From assembly GCF_947568905.1 (NCBI RefSeq), contig NC_079165.1:100130001-100194000 (forward strand): a stretch of 64,000 bases of DNA. Reading direction: 5' to 3'. Under the pieces are notes generated by a model. It had not been told where the DNA came from. It ran no database searches and saw only the letters and a list, made by a program, of their open reading frames with translations. Positions 59,839 through 64,000 of this stretch are shown in pieces; within the stretch, counting starts at the first letter, position 1; every line of letters starts with the position of its first letter. The position numbers and the translations under genes were made by a program. The stretch is from Ostrea edulis. Lineage: Eukaryota.

Positions 59839-62800
59839 GGCTTAATTTGTTGTTGTATATCAAATAAAATACGTAACTTTTCTTTTGACTGGTCAGTGAA
59901 ATGTCAGTAATGCCACACCCACTTTAGTGCCCAAATTGGTCTTGAACAAAAGTTGACAATATCTATCAAGGGAACACTATTACAGTACTTTTGTAGTCAT
60001 TAATCTATTAATATCTGGCCTTACGTCCTTTATAGCATGGAATGAACCAAGTACTAAGCAAGTAACTAGCAAATAATCATTACAGTCACCTCTTTTCCAT
60101 GGTCTTTCATAATTATAGATATATCATACAGGAACCTGAAAAGAATTTTAACTTCTATGATAAGAATTTGTTCAATTACAAAATCAATTTCATTTTTAAA
60201 AATTAAATACATGTGAGTATAAACTGCAATGCATTAGCACTTCATGAAAAGTATGTCAGCAAAAAGCGGTGCAGTTCATATCCTCATGTATTTTCAAAAA
60301 TGAAATGTATTTCTTATACACTATATTTCTATCTTAATTTCATTAATATTGGGATTCCCAGCCATTAAAATAGATACATGTACCATATTTATCAAGATTC
60401 ATACATGCATTGTTTACAACTTTAACATGTCCATGAGGAATGGTCATCATTACAATTTCTAAAGATATCATAGGCAAAAACACTGGACATGTAAATATTC
60501 ATACATGAAGTTCAAATGTACATGTATTACTTTACAGTTACCTTTCAACGGTCATCGCAGTGAGAGTCATTGTCATGATTATTAAAGCATCTTTGCCCCT
60601 GATGTAAGTAATTCTTTAAAATGATCATGATTATATATCTTAATTAATTTTAAATATATATAATAAAAGTTTTTAATATTTCAGTGACAAATGCTGCTAT
60701 TTTAAATAAACTTTGTTATTGCAATCACAATACGAAAAAATCAATATAAACATATTATAGGGTTAGGTATTGCCTGGAAATTTTGTATTGCGATATTTTT
60801 AATTGTATTGTGATATGTATAGCAATATTTTCAATAAGAATTAAATGGATCATTTCTTATTAGGTAAGAAAATATATGGGACCCCATCAGTCACGTACCT
60901 CAACAATCACTTGACTCTACACTAATTAAGTGTGTTGGCAGCTCTGATATCGGCAAAATGTCTGTCCATACGATCTTGGAGGGAGATGCCTGTTTTGGCC
61001 AATGTATTGAATATAATATTTTTTGCATAAACTACGGAGGTACTATTGCAATCTTGGTTTCAAGATTTTTGTGGACATTTGACAATATATAATTGTGTTA
61101 TGATTTATGCAGCGTTATTAACTGATTTTTAAGGAGGAGATATTTTTAAACTTTATTTAATAAAACAGTTGTTAACTGGTTGAGACATCTAAAACATAAT
61201 TCTGCGTGGGAGGTAATAATAGCAACCTTGTTGTGTATGTTAACTATGCATTTTATGTAGTTTATCATGCATTTTGCCGTGATTCAAATCATATTCTTTC
61301 CAAAACATCCATACATGTCCAGGATGTGTTGGAAAAGCACTTTCACAAAACAGTACAAGTGTTAAGGTTGGTTGATACATGGATTTATTATATACCCATC
61401 AATGTATCGTTCTTATTACTGTAGTAATAATATATATTTATTAACCTCATAGAAGTGATAGGCCGGGCTTTGACTTCGGTGAATATCACTTCCCTGGAGT
61501 CAATGAAGCAAGGTGTCAACCTCATTTAAAATTAATAATGGTACAAAGACACTTTTCTGTAGTGAACATCACTATTGTCAGAGTTAAGCAATGCGTGAAT
61601 GACGACTTTTATCAGTTTCACTATTCACATAATATAGTCTGTTTATCGTTTGACGTCTTACCATTTTTGATAAACTCTCAAGGATATTTTTAAAGGGTTT
61701 TAAATGTTGCACAACAAACCTTTGATGCGATAGCTCTTATTTCGTTACACTGATTTTCCAGCTCTTCGTCGAGCAGTAAAGGTTCCGGTAAAGCCATTCT
61801 TCATTTCATATCACGTTGAAACTCGAGTGTGAATCGGAAGCCATGATAGTTTACATTAACTCCCAAATCATAGTGTTAAAATGAATTCCATTGGTCAATG
61901 GCACATATATATCCAATCGGTGTTGGGCTTTCATTTTGAATATCACACATGCGTGATCTTCCTTAGCAATTTTCGTAAACAAGTATGGCTGCGGCCATAA
62001 ACTAAAAATAGTGACCTTTTTACAAAGCAAATTATGTGATTTTGACTGTCACGGTAATTAGAAATTTGTTTGCAAAATTCTTATAGTAACTGGAAAAAGG
62101 TGGATGATTAAAAATCCATAGTTGATACAAAGGACGAAATACAAATACTTGAAGTTTTTAACTAATATATAAATGCATCTTGTAATTTGCAACTATACAT
62201 TGTGTACCGGTAGTTGAGTTGATTAAAACTGCCCCAAAGCATTTGAATTGTTATGCTAGATTACCAGAAAGTAATTCATTTTACATTTTATCTGATAAAT
62301 TATACAATTCATGTATTTTCCAGTTTGGGTAGAATTTGAATGTGACTATTGTTTAATATGCTTATGATGTTAATTCATTCTGTTTTTCTTATTTATATCA
62401 TGTAATTGTCCTACATTTACTTCATTAAATATTGTGCTCAGTAATACACTCCACTGTGTTCATAGATATCCTCCATTATCAGTATCTGCCTCTAACTTAT
62501 TTGTACATATATGTCAAGTAATGTGATAAAATCAACATTTTCTCTCTTTGTTAGAGGATTAATTATCATCCTTGAAATATGATCATAAAATAACCTTTTT
62601 ACCAAACATTTACAGAATCTTCTAGAAATGATGTTTTAATTAAAGATATCAAATTTAGTGTTTTTAAAAGTGTTCAATAATACCCGTACCCGCTCTATAA
62701 GCATATACATGTAGAATTTATTTTCCAATTTTAAAATTTCTTTTATACTTATAAATATATCGTAACACCCAGACAGTCATAAAGATATTACAATGTAAAT

Positions 62801-62858
62801 CTCTGTATAACACAAACTGCATTAATCATTTGCCATGTTTTGGAATATAGGTTAAACA

Positions 62859-63284
62859 ATGACGGATTCTACAGAGAATTCTCCAGATAAGGAGCTGATG
62901 AATGACACTGGGGATAAGAATGGACCAGGGGAACAACTCGTTAAGGAGGACACAACTACCTCAGAACAAACTGAACCAAATCCATTTGAAATCACCTTAT
63001 CAGAATTCAAACCAGATCCCAAACTTATCAATGTTCACCAATTCTATCCATCTTTGGAACATCAGTTCCACAAATCTGCATCCAGGTTTGAGGAGGAGCA
63101 AAACAAAAGAACTGAAGTTGCCATGAAAGAAATTGTTCACGAGTCATCCACATTTGCTCTGACAGATAATGAGGGTACCATGGTTACAACAGATGTGGAA
63201 AGCACTCAAGATTCCTTACAGATCCGCAGTAAGGGGGAGAACACTGATAGAAATGAGGATGATTTTAATAACTCAAGCGTGCAG
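62859..63284 (+). CDS. First coding exon of an unidentified gene (acidic, low-complexity N-terminus); the gene continues beyond the window
   Basis: Acceptor ATATAG|GTTAAACAATG at 62850; 142 open codons MTDSTENSPDKE...NNSSVQ; donor CAG|GTAATG at 63284/5; GC content higher than the flanks. Confidence 0.75.
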
Positions 63285-64000
63285 GTAATGGTTTGTTATT
63301 GATGTAGTGATGTGGTTATTAGAGTGGTGATAATGTAAAGTTTTTGATTTTTTGTGTGAATCATTCTATCAGTTTGGCAAAGTATGAGAAGCATTACTAC
63401 ATGCAGAAGTCACATAAATTTCATAATTTCTTGCCAATTTCAGAGAGGAATAGTGAGAACAATTTTTATGGTAAGAGGTATATATCATTACATGTGACAT
63501 CCGCTTGCACAAAAATTATTAATATGTATTTCCAGGGTTTAGAGCTGTCATATATGCATGTGTATAAGTATCGATAGTTCAAGTGGCAAAGATCATTTTA
63601 TCAATATACAATATTGTATTAAAAATGAATTGTTTATTGAGTTTCTCTATTAGCTTATCAGAATGAAGGTTTAACATCATATATTTTTAATGTTTATTTT
63701 TTATGAGCATGAAATAAATTATACATGATTTTCATTAAAACCATCATAAAGAGTGATAGGTTTTTCAAATATAATTTAATACATGTATGAATATTTACAG
63801 TAAATTAATTATATTTACGAACTTCATCATCTGTATAATGCCCTTGAATCACTTTGATGTTTGTCAGTGGAAAGAAGGTTGTTTTTAAAAAAAAATCTTT
63901 TTTATCCTTTCAACCCCAGTAATAGTCTCTGTAATGTATCAATATACATGTAGAAAATTGTATTGATTTGAATGGATTTTGAATCGATGATATATTACTA

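Overview
AT-rich eukaryotic DNA with spliceosomal GT-AG genes, most likely from a bivalve mollusc (oyster-like; inferred from the repeat families and the TRIM/cupin gene content). Three zones. (1) 1-16.7 kb is a transposon graveyard: a DIRS1-like remnant, a Naiad-type Penelope-like element, a Tc1/mariner fragment, two exons of a secreted-protein gene, and a near full-length LINE. The LINE is split by a Ngaro-like tyrosine-recombinase retrotransposon whose YR and SGNH-hydrolase ORFs are intact and whose RT core is replaced by a phased TGATATCA array. (2) 16,785-35,752 is a 19-kb, single-orientation stack of 11 non-autonomous Helentron-type elements (HINEs) from four families, nested inside each other's (ATT)n microsatellites. 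(3) 36-64 kb is a gene-rich zone: a single-exon RING-Bbox-CC-beta-propeller TRIM gene, a 6-exon CutA gene head-to-head with a 4-exon DUF985 cupin gene, a tRNA-containing TRIM retrotransposon (Helenus-like) in a CutA intron, a 15-exon uncharacterised gene of about 1046 aa with tandem duplications across three splice donors, and the first coding exon of a further + strand gene. All alignments, exon models and family assignments were made by eye; no database search was run.
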